Positions 11,560 to 23,562 of a DNA stretch of 64,000 nucleotides are shown here, piece by piece. Origin of the DNA: the human T2T-CHM13v2.0 reference genome, Homo sapiens; the NCBI RefSeq assembly GCF_009914755.1, contig NC_060935.1. One strand, 5' to 3'. The translations under genes were made by a program, and so were the position numbers. Numbering within the stretch: position 1 is the stretch's first letter; every line of letters starts with the position of its first letter. The notes beneath the pieces are model-generated. The model worked only from the letters and a program-made list of their open reading frames with translations. It ran no database searches and had not been told where the DNA came from.

Positions 11560-13715
11560 CATTCCTCTTTTTATGGAGAAGGTTTCTCTTAGCAACTATA
11601 TGGTTAACCTAGCATATAGTTTGTAAAGGAAAGATAGTTTTTTTTTGTTTTGCATATCATTAGGCAATCACTGATTTTAAATTATTGAATGCGTTTCAGT
11701 CCATTGCAGTTCCTCCTCTTACTGATGCTCAAATTGTTTCATCTTTGGCCAGTGGGAATTTCTTTAGTTGGCTCCTGTGGCCTTTTGATGTGACCCTATT
11801 AATAGTCTTTTATAGTTTCCTTGCTGTCCAACCTCTTGTGTATTCTGGGAGATAGAATGAACCATTTCTGCAGAGTTTGGGTTCCTTTTAGTGAGAAATG
11901 GAGTTTCTAGGCTATGATGTGTGTGCTAGGTTCTCTGCTTTTTTTCTCCTCCCACTCCTTCAGTTGAATAATCTGCTCACCTTTGGAAATGGATCCTGCC
12001 TGCCATGTCAACTCTAATCGTGGTAAAAGCTTTCCTTGCACACTTGCTCATGCCTGGCCTCTTTGGCTCTCATTTGCCACTTTCATGCTTGTGCTTGTCA
12101 TCTTGTCCTTTCCTCCCTTAAGAAAAAGACCAAACTGAAGAATTACCATGGATGGTTTGTGGTTTGACTTGCCTCCTGAAGGCCAAAGCTCATGTTAATG
12201 TAGGCTTCACAGAAGTCTTTAGTCATTGCCTTCATCATGTCTGCCTGATAGTTTGTTCTATTCCTTGTATACATAACCAGGACATGAGAGATTCCTTATC
12301 TTATTACCACCGTGAGCCATTCAGGCTGCAAGCTGTATTTCGATGGTATTGTTGGGTACGTTTGTACTCATCTGTTTCAATAAATATTGATTGAATTAAG
12401 CTTTGTACTTCTTCTCCAAAGTGTTTAAAATAGAATGTATTTAATGTCCTAGTCATTTAAAGAATTTATCACTAGTCTATTATTTTTATAAGCTTAAATA
12501 AGTTAAAGATTTGTAGTTTTAGATAGATTTATGCATTGGATCCCTAGTTGTAACATAGCTATTGTTTTAGTGCTGCGGGCCTATAGTAGTAGGCCTGCAA
12601 GTCTAAGATGAGTGTTTTTTATTTAACAAGTCTGCTATTAAACTTATTTTTAGTATTATAATTTCTGTCTTTGCTTCTTGGAAATTGTTTTATGCCCATG
12701 TTGGTGCATCATAGACTATGCACTTAGGCCAACCACCCCCCAGTCCCCCCAGCAAAGCAGGGCTCATTTTAAAGACACGCTCTAATGCTTTCTTCAGAGT
12801 TTCCATTCAGACCTACAGTTTTAGCTTCAGTAATACTTTTTTGTTTTGTTGGTGAAACAAAGCTGTATGCGTTCACAGTGCAGCCAACACAGTCTCATGA
12901 CGGCACAAGTGAATAGTCCTGAAATTATCATCATTCTCCACACCACTGAGAAGTTAACCAGCATCCTGGCCTGGGAAATTTTGGATACACATTTAATGCC
13001 CCTCACCCACCACCCCGGCTTTTTTTTCTTTTTAAAGCCGCAAGCTTAATGTAATGGTTCCTCTGTATTAAAGGAAAGTACAGTATTGTAGGGGTTTATT
13101 TCCCCCCCGCCCCCGCTTTCCTCCGTGGGCACTGAGAGTAGGGGGAAGAGCCCCGTAATTCACAAGGCAGGCTTCTGTGCCCCGCGGTAAACTCAGTTTC
13201 ACAAAGGGAATTTTCATTATGGTCCTGTGGCTCCCTAACATAGTGGAGGCTTCAGGAGGCAAGTGGTAAAAGCTACCAAAGAAAAAGCTGGACTGGAGCC
13301 ACTGACGTCATGTCAGTAAATCTGCTGGAGGAGCCCAGCCATGCAGCGCCTGCCAGCCGGCCCCTGCACTTTGGCCTTGCCTGGTCAACTGTTCTTACTG
13401 CTTCCTCCACCCCCACCCCACAGAACAGCCTGTGTTTTTTGTGTTCTTTTCCCCCTTTTCCTTCTGTGCAACTGGGCTGTGTTGAAACCCATAAAGGCTT
13501 TTGAAAACCACCCCTACTGGTCCTGTGCTTAATGTCTTGTGTGGGGATAGTGGGGAGAACCCAACAATCCATGAATGAGGGAGGCTTTAAAAGTTTTTTC
13601 TAGTGGGGACCTCTTTGTGATGAATAAATCCACAGGGAACATCATGGAAAGCAGCCAGAGGTGCGAGCCCCTGGTGCTTAGTACTTTTAAAGAACTTCGC
13701 TTTTAAGTCCTGGGC

Positions 13716-13753
13716 TGTGTGCACATGTGTGTGTGCGTGTGTGCATGCGCACA
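13716..13753. repeat. 38-bp perfectly alternating purine-pyrimidine (TG/CA/CG) tract
   Basis: TGTGTGCACATGTGTGTGTGCGTGTGTGCATGCGCACA. Confidence 0.85.
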
Positions 13754-14781
13754 GTAAAGGACAGAGAAGGCCAGTCAGCACATGGGTGGAAATACAGAAT
13801 TTCAGCCTTCTAGCAGAGGATGATTTAAGAGAATGAGTTCCAATGCGAGTCCTTTATTACCCATTAATCATTGGTCTGCTCACTCTGAACTCTGGTTTGC
13901 AACTGGAACAGTTAAATCTTAAGCTACATGCTTCTGTACATCCTGGATATTTAGAGTCACAACCCCAGATGGGCCTGAATTAAAATATTGCTGTGCTAAA
14001 TCTATTTTTACATCTAGGGGAATGACATCTAAAAATAAACCTTATCCCACCTGTTATCCACTTTTGGGAAGTTGAAACGCTGTTAAGTCGCAGCCCATGG
14101 ATTAAGCTTTGATGACGGCTTCCCATGTGATGCCTGCATTCCACTTTTCCTGCCACTGGCATGATGTTTTCATTGTTTCGGTAACCGTTGTCCTCCTGTT
14201 TATTTTGCTGTGAATATTCATTTGCAAATAAGAGTGAAGCATAGGTTCAGACTGGTTTTGATTTTCCTGAATCTTAGGGTCAGAAACATATTAAAAGCAG
14301 TATCTTATCCATGAATCATGAGATGAGTCAGTTCCTGAAACCACTACAAGCCTCATAGTTCTTGGCTACAAGCAAAGGCAGGAAATCCAGGCTTCAATAA
14401 CTTCCTTTCCCAGTCCTGGCTATAGCCGCGTTGGTGGTTAGGTTCTGCTGCCTGCCTTTGTAAGCGGTAGGAAGATGTATGTCTGAGGAACAAAGGCACT
14501 TGAGTCAATTTACTGAAACTGTTTATAATTTGTGGTCTTGATCTGAATGTCAGGCTGCGTTGGCACACCCTGCTCTGCTGTGCGGCCCGGCACAACTCAG
14601 CCAGGAAAGGCGGCAGGCTGAGTCCGGGGAAGTGCCCCAGCAAACACATGGCAAATGTTTCAAGGGGCTTTAGTGTTCCAGTGAATCCTAAAACTAGGGG
14701 ACATGCAAGCCGACACTAGGCAGAAAGCTCTGGATTCCATATGTATAGTTGAAGTATCGACTCTTTGTTTGTTCTTCACTT

Positions 14782-14828
14782 GAGAGAAAGGAGAGAAAAA
14801 AGAGAGAGAGGGGAGAGAGACGAGAGAA
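14782..14828 (+). repeat. GA-rich homopurine tract
   Basis: GAGAGAAAGGAGAGAAAAAAGAGAGAGAGGGGAGAGAGACGAGAGAA. Confidence 0.85.
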
Positions 14829-17800
14829 CAAACTAACACACTCGCCAGCCTGCCAAGCTCTGGCCTGTCTCTTGCTTTTACTTGCAGTTTACTTCCTTAT
14901 ATACAGGGTCCTCTTTTTTTTTTTTTCCTTTTGCAGTGTTTCACGCCAGTCTTCCTGACTTCAGAATCAGTTTTATAACTGTTTTATTAAATATTTTAAA
15001 GAGTAAGGGAGAAACACGAAGTTGTCTCCCAATGTTGGGTCTGCTGTGACTCGTATTTATTTTTCTCCTTTATGAGCAGTGCCCACTTTGTGTACGTACC
15101 CAAGTCAGAGCAGAGTTGGGTTGGTGTTTCTGTGTGAAGTTGGGACTCACTGTTGCTTTGTGCTTTACTTGTGAATTTATGAGCTTTTTCAATCTTGAGA
15201 AAAATTAAAATTGAGTGTGACTCATTTTCATTTACCAACTCTTACCTTCTTTTTCTACGCTAATTGGTGTTAGCTAGCGTGGGATTTGAGAAAATGGGAC
15301 TGAAATGAGACCCTTCTCCCCCCTACTGTAGGTTTATATGGAGTCATTGGAAGTTCTGATAGAAGTCTAAAAATAGCATGGGTAGACAAACCCTGTGAAA
15401 AGACACTGAGGAAGATGGAAAAAAATTTGAGATGATGAGCAGTTAGATATTGATGCTACCTTTTAAATTGAGCTTGTTTCCAATTCATAGCTGGCAATAG
15501 CTCAGAAAGGTCAAATTCTATTTCAGCCTTTGTAAAGAATAAAATAAAAGCAAATGCAAAAGTTTGCCTGGCTTTTTAATCAAGTGTGGCTAATTCAGCG
15601 CACAGCCAGGCTGGCGAGGGCCACTTCGTTCTTACTTGTCGTTTGTATTTTGTGTTTGGGTAATTTTCTGTTCAACTTCAGGCCTCACTAAAAGGCTCTG
15701 ATAAGCTGTTGAGAAAGTCGGGCTCATTTTGATTTTAGAGGCTTGACTGAGAGTCATAATTTCTGGCTGTGGTTCTCCAGATTTCAGGCTGGTACAAAAA
15801 CTCCTTAGTCTTAGGTGAGTTTCTTTGGAAATCACTGTGAAAATATATTACTCTCATTAACATGTAAATAGTCACTGTCTAAACTTGGAGGAGATTTTTC
15901 CTTATGTTAAGAGAGGTACAAATCCAGTTATTTTTATTTGTCCTTCATTGATCTGACAGTTAACTTCTTTTTCATGTAGATTTCAGGCTGGGATTAGAGA
16001 CTGAATCTTGAATTGCTTATCGTCTCTAGACCAAGTTGTTCGGGGCCAGGGATTGATTAATTAATTAAAATCAATGTAAATGGATTTGTAAGCCTCCTGT
16101 AACAGATTATCCTATTAGCAACCACACAGAGCACAGCCCATGATCTGTGAGGAATGTTTGTTGCCTTAAGTGAAATGGACCCAGACTGATGGACTCTTTG
16201 GGGTTACTTTATGAAAAACCCAGTGGCTTTTGTAAGGAAGGGGCCTCACTTAACCTTTACACTGAACAGATATTTCCTATAGATGGCAGATTATTTTATT
16301 TTCTGAGCCTGCCCCAGAAGGCTTGAGTTCTGTTTGTGTGTTGTGTGAGTTTCTACTGTGCCTGTGTCTCCCCAACCCTTGCATTCATGCCGTCCAAGAC
16401 CTTGCCATATTTTAGCCAGGTTCTGCCCCCTTTCAGGTGAGATTCCTGCTAAGAACTCTTCTCTGAAGAAAAAAGGAGGAACCAGAAATACATTCCTATT
16501 TGATAGCAACAAAGTGGTTTTTTCCTCCAACCCAGGCAACCAACAAGCAAGCAAGCTACAAAGAAGACAGTTGCTTGTTATTTGAGGCTCTGACTGTACA
16601 GCTGTGCCTCCTTAGAGTGGTTAAGAAGACAAGATGATACTTTAGGAAAACTTTGTGGATTTAACAAAGGTCGGAGTTCATTCAGTGGCTGTCATGTACA
16701 TTGTGTGTGTTTTTTTGTTTTGTTTTTGTTTCGTAATTGTGTTGGACAGGTAGATACTTTCTATAGTAGGACCAGCTCACCCACCTTTTCTTGGATCAAA
16801 GTGGGGCTATCTGAGCCAAGTTGAGTTAAACTCTGTCTCCTGCCTCTTTTGGGATTGAGATAGCAATCCCAGTTTGTCTTTGATGCTCACACTGTAGTTC
16901 AGGGAGACCCTAACTGGGGAGTAGATGTTTGACCCATGGGTATAGAGAAGTGTGGAATAAAGCCACTTTGCAGAGAGACAAGGAAACACAGTTGTGCTGA
17001 GGACGAGACAAGAGACCAAGGGAATAGTCTCATTTCCTGATGGTTTTCTATTTCCTGGTTTCCATCTCTTGTGAGGGTTGGCTGCAGTTTCTGATTCAGG
17101 GGTCTTCAGATGGACGCCTTGGCCTTATAATGAACTCGTATTCCCTTACCGTTTTTTCCTACCTTAGGTTAGTGGGAGTGGGTTTCTGTTAATTGAAACC
17201 AAATGGTGTTTGGCCGACTAGTTTGTTGGGAAATACACCCTGCGTGCTGTCCTAGGGAGGCCCCGTTCAGCAAAGGGAGCTCCATTTGGTTACATGTGCC
17301 TTCTGCTTGGTCAGCCATGCAGGGCTGCTCCCCTCAGCAGATAGAGCTGTCCTGGACCCTGTGCTCTCCTGTGTATTGGGTTTGAGGGAACTGACTCCGG
17401 TTCCTGGACTGTCTAGCTAACTGGGGAACAAGAAGGGCTACCCACTTCCACCCTGTCTCAGACTGGAACATTTCAAGGCTTGACTTAGTCCTTTCTGCTG
17501 CCTGGTGTGCCCTGTGGATTTAGGCTGTGTGGTGCTAGGTTCAAGCATGGCAGGTGAGGAATTTTCCCAGTCGTGCCTGGGGGCACTGAAGAGTTCTGGT
17601 TGGCTGAGCACGGGGAAAGCAAGCCAGGTGTGTCATTAGACCTGAGTGTCCTGCCTGGTGGTACCACCCCTCCCTGCCCGCCCATCCCTGAGCAATGTGG
17701 AAGGCATGCTGTCAGTGGCCTTTGGCAAGTGCTTCCCTGTGATAAATCTGAAAAATAAAAAGTGCACAGGTGAGTACTTCCTCTGTTAGGGAATCTCGAA

Positions 17801-18250
17801 AATCAGAGGATTTTATTAGCAAATGGATTATATAGCAAATGCCTTTCTCAAGGAGACCAGTATGGTTGGGGACCCAAAGGGGTGGTGTCAGAATAAAAGC
17901 CTGCCCAGAAGGGGGTGCGGTGGCAGTGTCAATAAGCAGGGAGGAAATTTAGATGAGACTTGAGAATTTTAGATAACAGAGTAAAAATTATTTTAGAGGA
18001 TAGATTTTTTTGGGGAGGAAAACCCCTACAAGTACATTAGCAGATGTACATACATGCAATATTAGTTTGTTGGCATCTTCTACAAATTTGAAGCCATTTT
18101 TACTTGAGGCTCAATATAACATGTTTTACTTGTTTTGTTGGTGAAGTTTGGTTTGTATATTTAGGAAGTGGAAATATGGAAACTCTGTGCTTTAAATTGA
18201 GAGGGGTACAGTGAAAGAAGGGGGGTATGTAGAAAGTTCTCAGAATAGAG

Positions 18251-18615
<365 letters not shown>

Positions 18616-19194
18616 CTAATAAAAAATAACATGTTCATATGATGCTTTAGAGTTGACAGAGCTTTTTCAGTCGGGTAACTCTTTGATCTCTCACAACTTG
18701 GTTTGTGCAAGTGAGGAAGCGGGGACCGGGAGGTGAGGAGCCTTGCCGTGAAGCCGTGGCTGAAATGCTTCCTGCCATGCCTGCTCCTTCCTTGCTGCGC
18801 TCTCTCTTTTTTGGTGGGAGGATTATGTGTTAGGACAAGGCTAGGGGAAAGGTGAAGTGGGGGTGGAGGATGGAGGGCAGGTGGGGTCTGGAGATGGTAA
18901 AGGAATTGTTTAAACTACCAGAGCAGATGGGTCTCTCTGCAGTATTCAGAGCACAGGCAGAGCAGGAAGGGACTCAGATGTGGTTTTCAGACCAGTGAAT
19001 ATTTTTGTCACTTAAAGAGGGTTTTTTTTTTTTTAAATATTGATTCCTGCTGTTCATCCTGGATCTTCTAAATCTTAATCACTCATGGTGAAGCTTGGGT
19101 GATTGAGTGCTCTGAAACCTTACCAGCTGATCCTTAGGAGTCCCATTTGATTCTAGCCCCGTGTCTCTTTAACTAGAAAAGTTTGAGAATTTAG

Positions 19195-19330
19195 GTCTCA
19201 GCATGTCCTGGGAGCTTATTAGAAATGCATAATATGAGATCCCATCCCAGACCTGCTGAATTAGAATCTGCATTTTAATAAAATTCCAGGTAATTAGGGC
19301 ATGCGCATTAAGTTTTGAGAAGCATTGCTA
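19195..19330. mobile_element. MER5A/B MITE
   Basis: CCTGGGAGCTTATTAGAAATGCA...CCCAGACCTGCTGAATTAGAATCTGCATTTTAA...TTTGAGAAGCATTG. Confidence 0.8.
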
Positions 19331-19374
19331 TAAGATGCTTCAGGGAAACTTCAGGGAGTGTAGCTGGGGTAATT

Positions 19375-19960
19375 TCACATACTCTTTCCAGGTTTGTTAT
19401 TTGCCTTTTGACTTACCTTATATAACTTTTTCATGCAGAAATTAGTTGTAAGTTGGATTTATCAGTACTTCCTTTATAGTTTCTATGTTTTTTATTTGCA
19501 TACTAAAGACTTGCCTATTCAAAAATTACTGGAGAAAAGTCCTCCAATTTAAAAAAATGAAATCATGGTATATTTTATATAATTGGATACGTCTCCAATT
19601 TGTTTGGACTGGTATAAGGAGCGAGGTAGGAATCTAGACCCAGTGGCTGGTCACTTGTCTCATCACTGTATCTTTCACCATTTATTTTTTTTCATTGGTT
19701 TCTTCATGGATCCACACACTAAATTCATACATGTTTTATTATCCACATGTTGAATTAATTACTGTAGCTCTATAATGTGTATACCTACCTATTTCTCATT
19801 ACTCTTCTTTTAAAGATTTTTTTTTCCCTAGCTTTTCTCATCGGTTTATTTAATGAATTGTAGAAACCGCTTGTCTGGTTAAAAAAATTCCAGAAGCTGT
19901 TTTTACTGGAGTTGTATTACATTTGTAGAATAGTTTACCTCATTCTGTTTTTTAAATAGT
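19375..19960 (-). mobile_element. Ancient L1M fragment, antisense
   Basis: T-rich segments such as GGTATAAGGAGCGAGGTAGGAATCTA and TTTTTACTGGAGTTGTATTACATTTGTAGA resemble antisense L1 ORF2 remnants. Confidence 0.5.
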
Positions 19961-20139
19961 TTTACCTTTTCTAAATTATATACACCAATAGTACTTCAGA
20001 GCATTTTTCAGTTAGAGTCATGCCAGCCTTTGCAATGGAATTTTGAAACTTATATCTTCTGTGGGGTTATTCATAGAGACTTTCCACTTATTCTGTATCA
20101 CTGCATCCTGTTTATTTCTCTCAATAAAACTAGTGTATC

Positions 20140-20270
20140 TGATTTACTCACTAGATTATAAGCCTCACAAGGGAAGTTTCCATGTCTCTTTATTTACCAG
20201 TGTAATTGCTCAGTGTCTAGAAAACCTCTGGTACATAGATGCCCAATACATATTTGTTGAATGAATGAAA
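20140..20270 (+). mobile_element. L2 3' end
   Basis: CTAGATTATAAGCCTCACAAGGG...CTGGTACATAGATGCCCAATACATATTTGTTGAATGAATGAA. Confidence 0.75.
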
Positions 20271-20644
20271 TTTCGGTAACCAGAGACTCTAGCATTGCAG
20301 TTGAAGATCGATGACATGTCGAATTGTTTGGATTTGGATCCCAGTTTGAATTCAGTGCACCTTTTGAGATTATTGTGCAGTCTTTTGGGGGAAGTGTTCC
20401 TTCTCTGCCATTGAATTGAGGATGGACCTGGGAATGTTTTGGTCTATGAGACTTGACAGTTGGTGTGAATTCATTGTGAAAGTGGAGACTGATGACCCAG
20501 CACAGGCGTTGTCAACCCACACATTATTTGGGAAATAATGCTGTGAATCAAATCCCACAACTTTGATTCAACAGCATCTCCCTTTTAGGTCATTCTGGTA
20601 TTAATTTTTCTTTTAATTAGGAAAAATAAAATATTTCTGCAAAG

Positions 20645-20937
20645 AACTTTGTACCTTTTTTTCTATAATTAGAGATCCCTTAGATAAATTAGCATCACCC
20701 ATTTAAGCCCTTTTGTTTTAGGCACAAATACCCAACCTGTGTGCTACTTATGGACAGGAATGGAATCTTCATTCATTTTTATAACTCTTAACAACTTTGG
20801 ACTTTTTCTTCCATAACTAGAGATCCCTTAGATAAATTAGCATCATCCATTTAAACCCTTTTGTTTTAGGTACAAATACCCAACCTGTGTGCACTTTATG
20901 GACAGGAATAGACTCTTCATTCATTTTTATAACTCTT
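20645..20937. repeat. 148-bp tandem duplication (2 copies, ~90% identical)
   Basis: AGAGATCCCTTAGATAAATTAGCATCA at 20671 and 20819; copies 20645-20789 and 20793-20937. Confidence 0.95.
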
Positions 20938-23339
20938 CACCAGGTACTCAAGGTTTAAATAATAAGAGAAACCAAATCATAAACATACAGTACATTCTAA
21001 AATTATAAATTAAAAAATGATGTTATACCTGTGGGGTGCAGTGGAAACGAGTTTTGCGTATATTTTAGTTTCTGCTACCCTTTTAAAAGCCACATTGATC
21101 TTAGAAACTTTTTTTTCTATGATAGGAGGATTTCTAGAAATTATGCTTCTTAACTCTCATTTATTTTCCCTCACCGTGGTATGAGAAGTGTGGGATATTT
21201 GAATGGAGTTGGTCAGTTATTTATAATACTGTTGCTTTTGCTTCCTAATTTATTTCAGTTTTATATTTGGTGTAAAATGAAACTCCCCTAATATTTGAGG
21301 CCTTTAATGCATCTGGTGCCAAGTGACTTGATTTTGTAGATTATAAGTAGTTCAGTCGACTGCTTCTTCAATAAAAATTGTTTTGAGAACGATCACAGTC
21401 GCTCCACTGCAGATTTTGTGGTCCTCCCCTTAGCTCGCTGTGATGGTCGGTGAGAGAGATTATTTTGGGAAAGACAAAGCACAGAGTCTCCTCTGCTCTA
21501 GCACAGTCATGCTTTAGAGTTTAGATTTTGAGCAAAGCCATAGCAGACCCCCTCTGGGACCCCTTTGAATTTTGTGTTTGATTCTTCATGTGTACAGTGT
21601 ACAATATTTGGAGAGTGTTTGTAAGACCGTTGTGTTTTCTTTAATAAAACTGCATTTATCCTTGTGTGGACAGATTGTGTTCTTAGAGTCTAATTTCTTA
21701 GAGAACACTGGGAACTGTTTACTTAGATTTTTTTTTTCTTTCTTTAAATAAAGGCTTCCTCTGGTTATCAGCTTTAAAACTATTGAAAGTCAGCCAAAAA
21801 AGTTGGTTGAAGGGAAAAGGCACTATTCTGGAGTGTCTTAAATTTTAGTCACTATATGTTGGGGGTGATTAGGGCTTTTACTTTTCCAGAACCTGTAGCA
21901 AACAACAAAACAAAAACTTAGACGTCAAGCCTAAATTTTGCCTTTCTTTTGATCTTGGAAATTGGAGTTTTGGAAAACCAAGCAGGGTAGGCTTAATTAA
22001 AGGAGATGCTGTTATCTTGAAGTCTTACCTGAGTGAAGGGGAAAGTTGAGTAATCGGAAGGGTCATGCCGGTGGGTTTTCACTGTCTTTAGTTTCCAAAA
22101 GATGCTATGAAATTTCAGTTCATTGTTTGCGAGTGTCTGTGTTGGGTGGTGGGGATTCAGAGAAGAAAAACTGCAGGCTAGTGGGAAAAGGGAGTTGTGT
22201 TAAGGGGACCATTCCAGTCTAAAATGGTGAGTGATGTACGGGAGGTGTGGGGCTCACCAGATAAGAGACTTTAAGAGACTTAGAGCTGGGAGTCCTGAGT
22301 TCCTTTTGAAGCTAAAATAAATAAAAATTATATAGGGAATAGAAGCTGCTGGTCATTATGATCTCCTGGACTACACTGGGCATAAAAAAGATGACTTTCT
22401 ATAAGAAATTCTATCCAAAGAGTGGCAGGATTATGCAGGAAATGTCATTTGGTTATAGCCGAAGGCAAACTGATGCAGAGCTGCCTGCCACAGCACTCGC
22501 AGGCTGCTTGTCTCATCCCCAGCCCTCTCTGGCTGGCTCCAGGGCCCTTTGATCTGCTCACAGACTGTGTAAATGGAGAGCTGAAGGAGATAGAGCCAAC
22601 TGATGTTACTTTTCTGTGTACTCCCTTTATCCATGGTGTGCCCAGAAATGGTCAATTTCCCTCTCAGCACTCAGGGGCCGCCCCTTGAACCAGATCCTCT
22701 CTGCATTCAACCCTTGGTGCCATGGCAGGCTCAGGTGTCAGTGGTCCTAGGCTGGTATCAGGCCACAGCGGTGCAGGGTAAGAATGTTGGAAATTGACCC
22801 TGCGTGTTACTATCTGAGAACATCGTGGACAACGTTAAGTGGAGTTTGTCTCTCTGGCTCACTGTCCAGACCAGTCCCTCGACACCACTCCCTCTTTATA
22901 GCTTCATGACTTCCATCTGTAGAATGCTTTATGTCTTAAATGTACCGTAGCCAAGTTCATGGTCTTATTTGAGCCTCAGGACAATGCCGAGAGTAGAAGG
23001 ATAAGAATCGTTAGCCCCATTTTAGAGATAGAAGAATTGAGGCTCAGAGAAATGCACCTGGGTGTGCATTTCTGTCTTCACTGAGTGCTTTTGTGGCTGA
23101 GCGGCTCCTCCAGCAGCACTGCCTTTCTTCAGGCTGCAGGCTTCCGTGAAACATTTCCCTTTCCCTTCCATGTTCTCCCAAATCAGTTACTTCCTTCCCA
23201 TTCCCTGGAAGCTACTTCCGTCCTTCTCTCGCCCGGATTACTCTGGCAGCCTCTCAGGTAATCTTCCAATGCCATTGTGTCTCAGCAGGTTAATTAATTT
23301 GCTGCATCATCATCACCATCATTATCCGATAATGCACTT

Positions 23340-23562
23340 ACATAGCCATTCTTGTGAACTGGCACTGTTCTTATTGCTTTGTGATTCATTTAATTTTCAC
23401 AATAATTCTGTGAAGGAGGTAGTAATATCAGCCTCATTTAATGAGGAACTGGAGGCACAGAGAAGTTAAGTACCTTGTCCAAAACTGCACAGTTCTTAGG
23501 AGCCACAGCTGGGATTCAAGCCCAGGCCTGCCGGCTCCAGGTTACTTGTTCTGAGCCACTAC
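23340..23562 (-). mobile_element. MIR SINE, antisense
   Basis: CATTTAATTTTCACAATAATTCTGTGAAG...GAGGAACTGGAGGCACAGAGAAGTTAAGTACCTTGTCCAA...GGGATTCAAGCCCAGG. Confidence 0.8.

Larger units (their letters stand above)
10185..11935 (-). mobile_element. Old L1 3' region (L1MC4/L1MC5-like), antisense, interrupted by AluY and AluJ
   Basis: Segments ATTATTTGGAAGCAATCC...TTTCATCTGTAAA, GATTGTCTCATAAATGTTTTTT and GATGCTCAAATTGTTTCATCTTTGGCCAGTGGGA are typical of antisense L1MC 3' ends. Confidence 0.7.
13090..15230. promoter_or_regulatory. Putative enhancer cluster (CRE/AP-1/TEAD/ETS motifs)
   Basis: Perfect CRE TGACGTCA 13303-13310; AP-1 TGAGTCA 14324-14330 and 14501-14507, TGACTCA 15218-15224; TEAD GGAATG 14019 and CATTCC 14137; GC box ~13102-13116; kappaB-like GGGAATTTTC ~13206; no recognisable interspersed repeat. 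Confidence 0.45.

Noticed and set aside
20645-20937. CRISPR-like or minisatellite array
   Set aside because: Only two long units with no spacers, in eukaryotic DNA; a simple tandem duplication
23146-23469. 107-aa ORF with a poly-His run
   Set aside because: The His run is a (CAT/CAC)n microsatellite at the edge of a MIR; GTG start and no exon boundaries
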